Shown piece after piece: positions 25,400 to 38,620 of a stretch of 64,000 bases of DNA. The notes under the pieces were generated by a model. That model did not search any database. It was not told the origin of the DNA and worked only from the letters and a program-made list of their open reading frames with translations. The position numbers and the translations under genes were made by a program. Position 1 is the first letter of the stretch, and each line of letters begins with the position of its first letter. This DNA is from Raillietiella orientalis (taxonomy: Eukaryota). The stretch spans positions 11,098,001 to 11,162,000 of the forward strand of contig JAYWIR010000001.1 of the NCBI GenBank assembly GCA_036172245.1. The letters are read 5' to 3'.

Positions 25400-26700
25400 C
25401 TCCGGATTTCGCGGTACCGAAATTCTGTTGAGGGCGATTCTTCCGCTCCTATTTCTTGGACACCCCGCTTGGGGTCGCATCTCCGGTTTCCAGGAACCTT
25501 TCGCTCGCGGGTGTCAAACGAAACAGCCGAGTCGAGGTCATCGCGCCGACACAGGTTGGAAGTTTCGGCGAAACTCCGCCACTCCCTCTTTTGGACGGTG
25601 GACGTTGGGTGCTCCATCCAAAGGCAAGCCGCAAACACGACAGGGACCAATGCGCAACTCCTGCGCATTGGCCAAGAAGCGTCTTGGAGGGAATCTGAAC
25701 CTGAAAACGAGTGGCCCCAAGATCCCTTCTGCTCAGAGCTAACTGCGGTGCCATCTGCGCACGGATGATCCTAGCGATATCCTCGCGGCGCGATTTTTTT
25801 CTTTTTCTTTCTTTCCTCTTCTTTTACGCTGAGAATCTCTCGTCGCCGTCCTCTGGAAACCGGAGGTGGGTGGGGAGGCTCTTGGGGTCCCCCCCCGGAG
25901 CAGCTTGCCTCCCCACTGGGAGGCAACGAGAGGAGCTCCTGCCATCCTCCGAAATCCCACGCTCGGCGGCGGGAGTACGCGGACGGCTTCGTGGCACGCC
26001 CGGCAAGCGCCATACCAGAAGGGCCTCGTCCCGGTTAAGCGGATCAGCAGGGCATCCCTGCGAGGGTAGGGCTCCCATCCCTTCGGCCGCAGAGCTGCCT
26101 TCCCCAAGGGAAGGCGGCTGCCCATTGGCGAGGCACTCCTGCGCGATTGCACAAGTGGAGGGACCCCCGGGAGGATGTTGGTCTTCGCAGCTCCGCCCAG
26201 TGTCCGAGCAGACCGGGAGGCCCCTTCCTTATGCCTGGACGCTTCCGTGCTCCCTTTCGGGAGGCAGCTCCTCCTGTGCTAGGGCCTCCCGGGCATCGGA
26301 CGCCGCCTACATACACGTCGCTACAGGGAATAGTCTTCCCGAAGTTAGTGGACTGCGGCGTCACAGTCGGCGGCAGTGGGAGCGGCTGGATCCGGTGTTC
26401 CTGCCCCACCTGACGGTGCGCCGGCTGAACTGCTGCGCGTGGTCGCTTCCTCGAGCGCGAGGGGTCTCTCGCTCGCCGTCGCGATGCCGACCTTGGCGTA
26501 GCGTCCGCTCATCCTCGCTGCTCTCCCGGAGCTGCGCCAGCAGCGATCGGAAGCCATCTGCTCAGCAACCACGTTGCGGCGGGAGATCGTATTCCCGGAA
26601 TGTCGGAGCAGATGCGGGAGCGATTGAATCGTCCCCACACCTGTCGATGGACTGCAGTGCCCTCTAATGATCTGTGGCGGGGACCGCCTTTAGCGCGCCC
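25400..26700 (-). mobile_element. Possible decayed Gypsy pol (RT to RNase H)
   Basis: Weak collinear motifs: IQPLPLP...NFGKT (PLPxIxxL), QELRIGPCRVCG (ELRSFLG), EWRSFAE...VSFDT. Heavily degenerate. Confidence 0.35.
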
Positions 26701-27039
26701 GCAACCTCAGGACACCTCCAAGGACTCGCTGTGATCATTCCAAGCGCGAGGCAGCTCTCTGCGGGCACCGTGATTGCGACGGCACGGAGCTGCATCCGCG
26801 CCATCGTTGTGGTCCGCCGTTTGTTGGAGTTTCAGGTGCAGAGGGGAGGGGGGGGGGGAGAAGTCACCCGCATGGTAGCCGCCTAAGCAAGGACGTCTCA
26901 GAGGTGGCCTCCCCTGGAGGAAGTTAAAAGTCGGTGGAAGTTGAGATCATTCGGCGCCCTCCGCCGTGACAGTATCGATCCAGAAGAAGCGTCCGCTGCG
27001 AAAGACCTACCCTCCTTTGACTTTTTTAGCTGCTTTTTT

Positions 27040-27102
27040 GCTTATTTATTTGTTTGTTTGTTCGTTCGTTTGTTTGTTTATTCGCTTGCTTGCTTATTTA
27101 TT
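27040..27102. repeat. Compound tetranucleotide microsatellite (TTTA/TTTG/TTCG/TTGC)n
   Basis: Directly visible. Confidence 0.85.
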
Positions 27103-28999
27103 GTTCCTCCTTGCGGAAACCCCAGGCTCAAACGTCACGCGGACGCAGTAAACTCGAACTCGCGCGACCAAGGGGCGGAGCCACGAGAGGCAGAGGGATC
27201 CCGCGCTCAAGGTGTGGTTTCAACCCGCATCCTTCCAGGTCCTGCTCTTTCCCTTCCCTCCTCTGCGTCGTTCCTACCTGCAGGAGCTCTGCGCGGTGGC
27301 GACCGGGAACGCGGCGTTCTCTGCTGGGAGAGGAGAAGCGCGCGTGCAGAGGTCAGTGAGAAGATTCGTCCGCCCCCAGGAAACCCGACCTTCCTCTTCC
27401 TAGCTGAGGGGGCACAGTCGAGCACACCTCAGCAGGGACGCTTTGGTTCCGCGATACCGCCCTGGAAGACCCTCTCAAAGGGATCGACGTGTTTCCGGGC
27501 TTGCCGACAGCCTCACCACTGACCACCTTCCGCCACGTGGCAAGCCCGGTGGGCGTGGGAGGCTGCCTAAGATGGCGGAATGGCGTGCCTGACATCCCGG
27601 AGAGCCATTTGCAAGAGCCGCCGCACCTTCAGGCGAAAGGAGGCCCGTTCTGGGAATTGGTGTGGGCGGAGAGCTTGTGGGCAGACTGACGCGAAACCGG
27701 GATGAACCCCTTCCGGTCCATCTCCATCCCACGCGAGTCCTCAGGAATCAAGCAGAAAGCCGCGAGGCCTGTTCCTCATGTACTGATTTATTCGTTGGTC
27801 CCCTCCTTCCTCTCCCGGTTCCGTTCTCCCTCCTGGGACTCGGGAGCGGAATTTCCGCAGGGTTTGCATCTCCTCAGCTCCCGGGAGCACGACTCCACTT
27901 GATGGGATGGGGAGGAAGCAGGAGGGTGGAGTTCCTGCCGAGGATTCCGCGGAGATCTCAGACGGCGGGGTCTTCGCACCTCGAGGGATGAACCGCGGAT
28001 GCAGCGACGCCTCCCTCCGGCTGTGCTTCGCGAGACGGCCGTGAGAGGGAGGGAGGGAGGTGAAGAACTGCCCTGATGCCCCTCGCGCTCTTCCCTTTCT
28101 TTTCTCCTTTCGCCTTTCTGTTCCCGTCGAAGGAAAGTACAGGGGACGAACCACTCTAGCCGAGAGGTGGACCCAGGAACAGCGCTCCAGGTCTTTCCGC
28201 GTCTTCCCCGGCCAGCAGCTCCCCCGCTGCCCTTATCGGACCCTCGGTTTGGAACGCCCGCCCACTCGGGTCTACCACAGGACCTCCAGCTTTCGCGTCC
28301 GACTGCGGTCCAGGAGGTGACAATCCTGACCCTCTGGTCAACGCTTCCCACTCCTCCGCCCCACCCTCGCAAAGTTCCGGGGATTGCTTCGCCCCGAGGG
28401 AGCTGCCGACGAACAGGGCGGAAGAGCTATCCGAGCGATCCTCCGCGCCACCTTCGAGGAAGAGGGAAGAGGAAGGGAAGGGAGAAAGGTGGAGTCCCAA
28501 GACGGGATTGGGGTGACTTCCGTTTAGCGGAAAGAGGGGGGCGGAGTAGGACAAGCGGGCGGGTCCACCCCTCCCTCCTCTTAGCGGCTCTCGGGAGGAC
28601 CCTGCTGAAAACCCTGGGGAGAGGGCAGGGAGGTCCCGCCCGCGAGCTGCCGGCGGGAGTTCCCGGCTCCTCGTAGGAAGTCAAGCGGCGCCGGAGAGTT
28701 GTCTCCGCGGTGTGGCGAAGGGGGAGGAGCGAGAAGGGGGAGGTGACTGGACAGAGGACGCTCTCGGAAAGAGCCAGAAGGCTCTCCGCGGCACCACCCC
28801 TCCCGGCAGTGTCGCAGACACCGTCGAACGGAGCTGCGGTTGCCGACTCCCCCGGCTGCCACGGCCTCGAGAGACGTCCAGGCGGTGTTTCGCCTCGGGG
28901 CCATGCCTTCCTCCCCTCTCTCGCGAAAGGAGCATCACCCCAGCGTCCACATCCAGAGCGCTCCCTTCCTCTTCCCTACAGACGCTCCCGAGACGGCCA

Positions 29000-31900
29000 C
29001 GACGAGGGCGGGGGAGTCCAGGAACCCGGGATCGGCGAACTCTCAACTGGAACCGCGACGTCTAGGCGGCAGACGCCAACCGCGGGAGCCACCCGGCCTC
29101 CGGAAAACGGCGCGACGTCAGCCGGGAGACTCCCGCGGTCCACAGGAGGCGGAAACCCGGGACCCGCGAAACGATGGCTCGCCCCAGCAGCAGCGCGGAA
29201 GAAGCTGCCCCCTTCCTCCTCCCGGATAAAGGGGAGAGGAAAGTAGCACCCATCCTGGAAGGACACCAGGAAGCCATGGCACCTCTTGCTCCTCCTGGCT
29301 CCCCCTCCTTTCCGCCCTCGCTCCGGTTGCAGTCCTGAGGAACATCTGGCTGCGCTGCAGCGGCAGAGCGGGCTGCGGCACATGGGACAGGCAGCTGCTA
29401 CGTCACGCAGGGAGCCGGAAGTGGAGCGTTCCGCTCACGACGCGCGCCCTCTAAGAGACGTCCGAGTCAGCTTCTGAATGCGAAGGGAGCCCACTCGAGG
29501 ACGCGGCACCTCTCCCGTAAGGGAACGCAGGAGCCAACGCGGCTTCAGAGGCACCCGGGAACCACTCGGCAGTCCACGTCCACCCCCGACCTCGAGGTGG
29601 TCCACGCACCGAGGATCATTCGGCTCTGGGATCTTCATGGCAATGGAAAAAGAAAGAGGAATGGGATGATTCTCCCTGACCTCTCCCAGACCCTTCTCAG
29701 AATCACTCCCGCTCCTCATCCGCTTATCCAAAACCCGGGGCCGGGACTTCGAAGATTCCTTTGCTTCTGTTCGTTTTCCGCTGCCTTCTAAGTACGCACG
29801 ACGAAACTACTGCGGTGTAGGGAAGCCTGCTGCCCCCGCAGCCTCCGAGCTTCGGAACCGCTTGCTCTCTGAGAGGGGGAGCAGCGCCACGTCAGCCACC
29901 TCTTCGCCCTGTCCGCATCTTCGCCGGCTGCCGGAGGGTGCCTGCAAGAAAGCGCTTGCGAGAGGGGGTCAGCCAAAGAGGCAGGAAGAAGTTTACCTCT
30001 TCCCCTTCCTTGCATTTCGGAAGGGAGTCCGGCAGCCAGCTCTTCTCCTCCTCCTTGCTCTCCCTCCTCGCTTCCTCTTTTTCTTTCTCCTTCCTGGAAG
30101 GACCGCGAGCGGTTGCTGGCGGGCTTGGGGGACACCTGGTGGCCTGGAGGCATCGCGCGAGAGGTGGCTCGTGATGCGCACCACACCATGGGGAGGAGAG
30201 GTGACTGACTGAGGCGCCAGCAGCCCTCACAGGGAGGGGGTGAAGCGACACCTTCCCGTTCCCTTCTCCATTTTCCCACCACCGTGGATGGGAGGAATGA
30301 GGGAGAAGGGAGCACTCCCGCCTTCCAGGAAGAGCTGAGAGATGCCAGGGACGCTGACCGGGAAATCCCCAGGAGGGTGGCGTGCGTCCTCCCAGACGGG
30401 CTGAGGTCCAGGGCAGTCCCAGGTTCGTGCTCACGCCAGGAGTCCCGGGTCAGACCTCGGGCGGACCTGAGCGTGAGTGAGGATGCCAGGCTGTCGGTCC
30501 GTCCCCGACTTCTACTCGGGAGTTCTGGCTATTTCCCGGGGGAAAGCACCGCGCAGGAACCGCACAGCATGGACGCGCGGCGGCTCCAGCCTTCTTCTGC
30601 GCCGACCGTGGTCTTCCGTTGTCACCTGCAGTCCGGAGAGATGAGTCAGCATCCGGAGATCTGGATCCAAGAAAGGTGGATGAGAGAGAGAGAGGAAGTG
30701 GGTCGTCCAACGACTCTTCCTCATCTCGTGAAGCAAGAATGACCCGAAGGACAGCGGAGCCTGCGGAGATGTTCTCAGAGGATGCGGGAGAGGAAGCTGA
30801 GAGGAAGGGGTTCCCCTTCCGCTCCGAGCGGTCCTTTTCCCATCGGCGACCTCGGTCGCGCGCCACCGGGATGGTGCGCTGCTGGAGCGTCGAGGGTGAA
30901 ATCTCTGGCCACCGCCGCCTCCCTTCCGCGCGCGCGTGGCGCCTGGAAGGGGTCGCGTTGGCCACACAGGAAGCGCCTGCTGCCCTCCTGCCTCCTCCTC
31001 CTCCCCTCCCTCACGCCTTGCGTAGCGAAGGCTTTAGAAGGAGCAACTCGACGACTGATCACTTCCGCTACGCGGGGATCTTCCTCTCAGGTGCAGAGCT
31101 GCGTGCCAAACCATACGGGAAGAGAACCCCTCGCACCCATGGAAACCAGGGTTCAGGTGGATAGCAGCGACGCGCGAAACCTCCGAGCCATTCCGGGGCG
31201 GCCGTCGGCAACGGAAGCTGAGAAGCCGAGGGAGTATCCCGAGTAAAGGAGGACAAAGGGGCCCCACGGAAATGCAGGGTGAGGCTCTTCTTCTGAAGCA
31301 GCAAATGGCCTCGACCCCTCCGTCTCCCGAGACAGCTGCGGAGACATGGTCCTCTCCCAAGGGAGATGGCAGCACTGGTCGAACCGGGACCTCTTTCAGA
31401 GGACCCTGAGGGATCCTCGGGGACCCAGGTAGCAGCAAACCAATTTAGGTGGCAGACCATTGGAGCGCCCCTCGCCCCCATGGGACGGGGAGAACGGCTC
31501 GCTGGGGGATATCGGTGGACGAGTGGACGAGCAGCGCATCTGTCGGCCTCGGCACCCCGGACGCCGAAACGGAAGGGCGTCGCTGCCTCCACCCCCAGTG
31601 AGATCCCTCGGTCGGATTTCTCCCCCTGAAAGATGGGATCATCTCCCTGCTAATCCCGTGCGGGCAGGGGCCGCTCCATTGTGGACGTAATTTAATCACT
31701 GGGACGCGAGCCTGCACGCTTCAGCAGGCGGCAGGAGGGAGGAGGCGCTGGGACCGAGGAAAGAGGAACCGGGCGGAGGCGCTTCAATTGCTTCGTTAGA
31801 ACGAAGAGCGATCTCCTTTCTCCGTACCCTCCCCCCTCTCCCCCTTCTCGCTCTCGCTCTCTTTTCCTCTTTTCTCTCCTTTTTCTCCCTGGTGAGGGTC

Positions 31901-32740
31901 ATGGAAATGTCCCCTCTTTGGCGCACACATCGTTCAACCAGCTGCTGCTCCCGAGGGAGATGAGGCGACGGTTCGCGACAAATTTCCGCCGAAAGAGAAC
32001 GGGTTGCAGCAGCAGCAGCAGCGCGCTGAGCGGTTTCCCCAGCCAGATCGGACGCCTCTCGGGGGAGGCGGTGGCTACTTTCGGGACCCTCTGTGTAGGG
32101 CTTCCGGCAAGTGTGACCCTGAAGGGAGGTTCTTCTTCCCTTCTTCCTCCTCCTCCTCCTCCTGCTGACTTCCTCCCTCTTTCGCCCCCTTCCCGTTGGA
32201 ATTCGGAAGGAGTCTATCCAAAGACCCTCCCCAGCCGTCCACGCGTCACGATCGTGTCTGGACGAAACGGGGGAAGACCACCGCCTGAGGCCACGAAAGG
32301 CGCGCAGAAAGCCCGGAACCGCGTGGAGGCCTGGAGCTCCGCTGCGCACCGGGCAGATGCGGCCGGCACCCGTTCCGCGCCTGGAAGCGGCTTCCTGTTA
32401 CACTCAGAGCGCGCCCCTCGCGACGGTCCGCTGAAGGCGCTCGGCGCGGCTCTGAGTGCTGCCAGTACTGGCCTGAAACGGGGAACGGGAAAGGGCGCCC
32501 GGGGCCAGTAGTGCTGTGCCAGTGGTGGCCGGCGTGGTGCAGCGCGAATCGTGCAGCTCGGGGCACGACGTGGCGGTCGTGACCTTCGGACGCCAGGCCT
32601 CGCCGCCGGGCCCGGATTAGAAACTCTGGGTCTCAGAGGACAAGGCCTGGAGAAAACGCGTCAGGAACCTTGAATCCTTCTTCTCCAGCATCCTCCATCC
32701 TGTCGGAATTCAGAGACAGCAATCGTTCATCCCCTAGGGG
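29000..32740 (-). mobile_element. Decayed L1/Tx1-like ORF2 spanning APE to RT
   Basis: Collinear degenerate motifs: LLSLNS...SETQ (ISLNVxG..LQETH, ~32630-32725), GLWIDSFRI (LxDxWR), EEESLDDPL, WRLSQSPLL...FQEG (WRPISLL...GFxxGR), KGLGEVRENHPIPLSFSIAM (RGxRQGxPLSPLLFxIAM, ~29640-29700). Confidence 0.55.
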
Positions 32741-35099
32741 CTGACCGAGGAGACCCCGGTCTCCTCTGCAGGCGCGCTCTGCTCCCGAGATTCGAGCGGG
32801 AGGTCCCCTCGCCCTTCCTGTCCACCCATTCCGGCGGGCGAGCCAACCAGAGGGTCCTGCTCACCCTCCAAGTCCACCCATCGGAAAATTCACGTACCAG
32901 TTCATCCCCCAAGCAATCCATCCGGTGGGTTCCGTAGTTGCGAAAGGAGGAAGGGAAAAGGTGGGAGCGGAGCAGCGTGAGGAGGACGCAGGGGTGGACG
33001 ACGACGCCCACCCCCTGTGGACGAGCGGTCTCTGCGAACTCCCGGAGAGCAAACGCTCTCCCCCGGAATTTTTCCAAGGTGATTCCTCCTCCTCCCTTCT
33101 TCCTTTTCCTTCTTTCTTCTTCCTTCTCCTCCTCTCTTCCTTCTCCCTTCCTCTCCCTCCTCCTTCCAGGGTCGAAGGATTCAGCCAGAAGGCTCCTGCG
33201 GGCGGAGCCAACTCAGGTCGGTGGACAGTTCGGGTCCTTCTGCAGGGTGTCCGCGTTTTCGCGTCCAGCCGAGCCGTTCAAGGGGTGGGAGGGTGGGAAG
33301 AACTGCCGTCGCACCCGCCCACCCCAGCTTCCCTTCGAGTACGAGCGCCTTCGTGAGCGAAGGCCGGAAGCCAGCTGGTTTGTTTGCTCTTCCGACAAAA
33401 CCAGGAGGAAAAGGAAGAAAAAAAGGAGAAAAATCTATTGATGACGGCGGGGGGAACCTCGGCGTTCGACCCGGGAACAGCGAGTATCGACGGTAGCGGC
33501 GATTGGCCCAGAGATGCAGAGGATGCTCACCCAACTCGAGTTACACGATGGGATTCCAGGGCAAGGGGAGAATAGGTGGGTGAGGATAAAAAAAAAAAAG
33601 GAAAGAAAAAAAGATTGGGGTGGGTCCCTTAATCCCTCCTTATCAACAAACTCCTATCCGCAGTCTCTCGGGAACGCGCCATCCGAGGCCGTAATTGAAT
33701 TGCGATGACTCATAAAAAAAAAAAAGAGGAAGAAGAAGAAGAAGAAAAAGGACGGTAACCGGGCAACAAAGAGGCGCTCACCCTTTTCTCCCTGACAGCA
33801 GCATCTCGACCTTCCCAGCGACCGCCGCGGTTCTCACAGGAGGGAGAGAGGGAAAAGAAAGCCGAGCCCCGGCATCATCAATCATGGCGGCGTGACTCGC
33901 GAACAAGCGCGCCTTATCCCGAGGCGGATTCAGGACGGTCCTCGGGATAAAGCATTCATCCCGCCGTGCTCAAAATGATCAGGAAAATTCCGGGAGAAGG
34001 AGGAAAAAAAATGGAGAAGAATCGAGGAATCATCCCGGTGAAACTAATGGTGATGGATGTCCCGCTTTTGTCTTTTTCCTTTCTTTCGGTCAATCCTTTC
34101 ATGGCGTCGGACGGCGCGGTCGGAGCTCCCAGGAACCGGGAAAGTGTTGATTCAGGTGGTGTCGCTCCCGAAATTCCAGGCGCCGTCCGGGAAGGGAGGG
34201 TAGAGGAAGGCAGAACCGGTCGGGACCCACCGCTACGCCCGCCGGCTGTGCCGAATGCGCGCGGTCGGTCCCCGTCCGGGAAGCGAGCGGGGGGGAGGGG
34301 GAAGAGGTCCCCTGCCTCAGAAGGACCGCGGGCGGAGGGACGTTCCGAGGATGAAGACTCCCGATCCCGGCTGCGAGCCAGCCGCCAGTAAGAGGGTACC
34401 GTCCTGGGCGTGGCAGACACTTTTTTTGCACTCATCGGAGGGAACCATCTAGCGGCCGCCGCTCGGATTCCTGCTGCGCCGAGAGCTTCTGTCTTCCGCC
34501 GCTCGCGACTCCAGCTCCACGAACGTTCCGAGTGCTCTGCATGACGAATCGGAGTCCCCGCTGCTCGCCGCCCGTTGACACGAGAGAGAGGTACCAATCA
34601 GCACGCAGACTCCGTGCCGAAGTTCCGGGAGCAGATCGACTGGCATCCGGGGTCGCCTTCTGGGTCCTGCCAGAGGGCGGACCCGAAAATCCGGGTCGGG
34701 AAGTTCGCCGACTTCCCCTGTGGACGGTAAACCTCTTCGGAATGCGCGATGGGGCGACTCCCTCTTGCAGAATCCCGGCAGGCAGAAGATGCGCTCCCTG
34801 AAGCACATTTGGCCGCACGGCGCGCGCCGTCCCGCAGGCAGAAGGAGGCAGCAGAAGGGGGATGCGGAGGGGTCATTCCCGGTGTGGACGGCTCCACGCG
34901 GTTCGGCACTGAGCAGGAACCGTCGTCCTCCCGGACACACCCGTGGCGGGCGCGCAGAATTGCTCGGGAAGGACGAACGAGAAGGTAACGCCGCCTCCGC
35001 GCCGACTATGGCCCGGGACGGGTGACCGCCAGAGCCCCGACGGTCAGGGATCTCTTCCCATAGTCCCCCAGCCCCCGAAATGAACCAGATGGATGTCTC

Positions 35100-35935
35100 G
35101 GCTTTTACCGCAGCATTGTCTGCCTTCGCGGCAAACGATGACAGAGGCGAGGGAGGGAGTTACCCTGCAGCATTCTAGGAGTCGAGGAATTCCCCCTGAC
35201 GGCTGCAAGATGGGCGAGCTGGTGGACGGCGCCACACCTCGTTCCCGGGCGGAGGGATTCCTAGAGTGGGTGCTCCCTCCCCTCACCCCGAAGAATTCGC
35301 GGTCCTCCCCTGCATGAGGACGCCTCCGTGTTCCCTCGGGAGGAATTCCCGTGAAATCGACTCAGGTGCACCTGGTTTCCAAGGGGGGACTCCCCTATTC
35401 CCCTCGAACTGTCTGAGGTGCGGGACGATTGAATCGTTCCCGTGCGCCCTCTGTTGGACTGCAGAGCCCTCGTGAACTCTGGGAAGAGGCGGTCCGCCAC
35501 CCGGAGCGCACCAGCCGGAGACTTGCTGCGGAAATTCTTCACTCGAGGAGGGCTGGCGGCAAGCGCCGTGATCTCGACGGGATGCTGCATCCGCGGTCGT
35601 AGTCGCATCCCACAACGTGACGGGGTGTGGAGGCGCAACCAATAGAAGCCCCACCGGTATGGCGGCCTCCTTGACGAGGACGGCCGCGAGTTGGCGCCTC
35701 ACCTGCAAGAAGAAGTCGCCAAGGAGATCGCCAGCATTCAGCACCAGCTAGTAGGAAGGAAAAGGCGGCTGAAAACTAAAGACGCAATTTCTCCTTGCCC
35801 ACCCCCTATTTCTGCTCTATCTACTGGCCTTCCCTTCCTCTCCTGGCTCCCTTGGAAGCCGCCCTCCGTGCCGGTGGTCATCCCCAATGAACTTCCTTTC
35901 ATTTTCTTTCTTTTTCGACTTTATTTATTTTTAGG
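35100..35935 (+). mobile_element. L1/Tx1-like 3' end (zf-RVT + pyrimidine-rich UTR), decayed
   Basis: NCLRCGTIESFP then, after a frameshift, LLDCRAL; parallels the zf-RVT at 19345-19794. Confidence 0.55.
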
Positions 35936-35999
35936 TGAGCGTCGCAGCATGACCACCCCAGTGAAGAAGGCGGGAGCTGAAATGCCTGCCGTCATTCCT

Positions 36000-36700
36000 T
36001 GACCAAACAAGGCGCCTCGTGGTGGGCTGTCCCGAGGCCCAGTATGGGGCCGTGCCAACGCAGACTCCCACCCGCAGCCGCAGCTCGGCAATGCACCATG
36101 GAGGCCGCAGTTGAAACTGGATGTGGACGGGAGATTTGGGTAGGCGCTGTCATGATCCCGCGCGGGCTAAAGGAGGCGAGATGGACCGGGCACGAGGAGC
36201 GGAATGCACGCGACTTTTCGAGGTGTCGGCGAGAGAGCGTGCCCGCGCGGTTGCCACGGCAGCCGCTCCGAAGCGCTTCGCCGCAGCTCTCCAATCAGGC
36301 GGAGCGGGCCGCACGGACGAGGCGAGCGGCTCTTCCCACGTGGGTCCGAGACCTTCGGGTTTCCGCAGAGAGGGGAGGGAGGCACCAAGCAGCGCGACTT
36401 ACCCTCTCTCCCCTTCCCTCTTCTTTGTGGCCCCCGAGCGGTGTCTGCGGGAGTGGCCTCGTTTGCCAGGCGAGGGGCTTGGTGACCCCTGCGATTGGGC
36501 AGGTCACCTCCCGCGCTGCACCCCTTCCTCTACTCACCCGTTGCATCCTGGGCAACCGGGGTGAATACTGCGAACGTCAGGGTTGCCACGTGTTCCCTGA
36601 GAGGTTGCATCCTGCGGGCAGACTCGCAGATACACGTATCGGTGCGATCTCCACTGCTTGTCCTCCTTCTTAGGGGTGAGACCACTCCTCAAAGGGAGGA
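36000..36700 (-). mobile_element. Decayed Gypsy connection/RNase H fragment; diverged copy of the 54790-55330 repeat
   Basis: CCGAGCGGTGTCTGCGGGAGTGGCCTC shared with ~55243-55269; MQPLREHVATLTFAVFTPVAQDA resembles EPLRxLL....FxWT..CQxAF. Confidence 0.55.
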
Positions 36701-38620
36701 TGGATGTGCGTTGCAGGCATGACTCTGCTCTGGGGTTCGCGCCGCCCTGCACGGTGCTTCAGCCACGCCCCCAACCTGAGCACGGGGGAGTTTCCCTCTC
36801 TACGTCCCGGAAAGGGAAGGCGGCGGAATCGCGCCACGGGACCCACCGAAAGAAATGGATTGTCAGGAAAGTTGGTGCTATTACAGGAAACGTGCCCGGA
36901 TTCGGAAAGGGCGAATTTCGCGGGCATGGGTTGCCCGGGAGCCAGAGTCTCGGACGTCGGTCCCAGCTGCCTTTCCCTCCCGCGCCCCTCCGTGCCCAAA
37001 CGGTTTGCATTCGGAAATGTCACGCGACCGGCGGGAAGCGGGTGCAGTAGGCGGGAACCTCGTTCCGGCTTCGATAGGTGACCGTTGACGGCGATGCACT
37101 GCCGACCTTCTCGTGGAAAGCCACGAATGCAACGCCAAACCGCATAGTACAACTAACGGCTCATAGATGGCTCTCGGGTTTTGAACCCGCAATGCGGAGC
37201 ACGTCGTGAGGCCATCGTGAGACCGAGACCGAAATCCAGTGGCATTAACGAAAAACCCCGGGACGCAATCCCTGCAGATCCCCCCCGCATTCCGTAGGAC
37301 CCAGAGCAACGGAGCATCGCTCGTCGATCGGTGGATCAGATCATGAACGGATGGGATGCGAGCGGGTCCCCACGAACGGACCTCCGACCGAAAGAACCAG
37401 AGTCGGGTTGCATGCGAAAGACACGCCGGGTCCCGAAGCGCGCCGACTCCAGGGCTGCCCGGGTCGCGAGCCCGGGAGGCGCTGGAGCGGAATCTCGGAG
37501 ACGGGACGTACGGCGGTACTCGTGACGCAGCTCGAGAAAAAAGGCGAAAGCGGGCGCACGACGCCAAGGAACCGATGGTACACTGATGAAGCGGGACATC
37601 CGGCCAAAGACCTTCCTCTTCCTCCAGCGACTGTGGCAGTTCAGGTCCAGGGGGCCGGTCCGACTCTGTCTGGCGCACCCATGCGCTCGTCGGTGCTTTC
37701 GGGCTGCAATACGAAATTCGCTCTGCGTTCAGAGGAATCGCAGAGGTTCTTGCGATTCTCGGGGGAGGAGGAGGAAGGGAGGGAGGAAAAGGAGGGTTGG
37801 CTCGAGGAAAGAGACCGAAGCGACTGCCTCGCCCGCACACCCAAGTCCGTGCCCTTAGACGCGGGCGCTCGATCCACTCCCACTTCTTTAGGGAACCACC
37901 GAAGGCGTGCCTCCTCACTCCTCGACGGACCCGTCCTACCCGCGTGCTCTCACCCGCATAGTCTGGATGCGGTTCGGGCCAGTCGCCCACTCCTGACCGG
38001 CGATCCTGCGTTGAGAGGAGCATTGAGTTCCCAAGGTTTGTGACAGCCGGCCCGTTACCGCGATGCACCGACCGCAAGCGAGCGGAGGATGAGAATTTTC
38101 TACCTGACCGTAGATGATGGGAAATCCTTTGGGGCTCTCTTGTTATCCTTTCTGCCCATCCTTCCAGCTTTTAATTTTTTTTTCCTTGGTTTCCTCAAGG
38201 AGTAGCCGTTTATATTCTCGGTGGAGGGAGTCATTCTGAAGAGACAACCTCCGAGGGAGGAAAGGAAGGGAGAGGGTGTCAACCAGCTTCATGGAACAAG
38301 ACGAGCTCCTTGATTCCCGAAAGGACCCCGGAGGCTCAACTTCCAATCCTGACTGGTCAACGGAGGCATCTGGTTACGAAAGCGCACGCGAGTTCAACCC
38401 GCGCAGCGCCCGGAGCCCGCGGACGCGAGAGGAGCCGGAAACCCCGCCACGCGAGACCCCTCATTCTCTGCGCTACCCCTCCTTCTCTTCCCCGGGCCAG
38501 ATTCGAACCGGCCGCCGCACGGACACCGTCGCAACCACTCGGAACGAGGAGCGCGCGGTCCGCACGCATCGTCCTTCAGCTGGATGCGGGAACGCTTCCC
38601 AGGTGGGTTCCCGGGCCGAA

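Noticed and set aside
27490..28100. Possible further plus-strand L1 fragment (GVGGCLRWRNGVPDI)
   Set aside because: Single weak motif; insufficient to call.
36881..38077. 398-aa minus-strand ORF
   Set aside because: Compositionally biased; no motif recognised.
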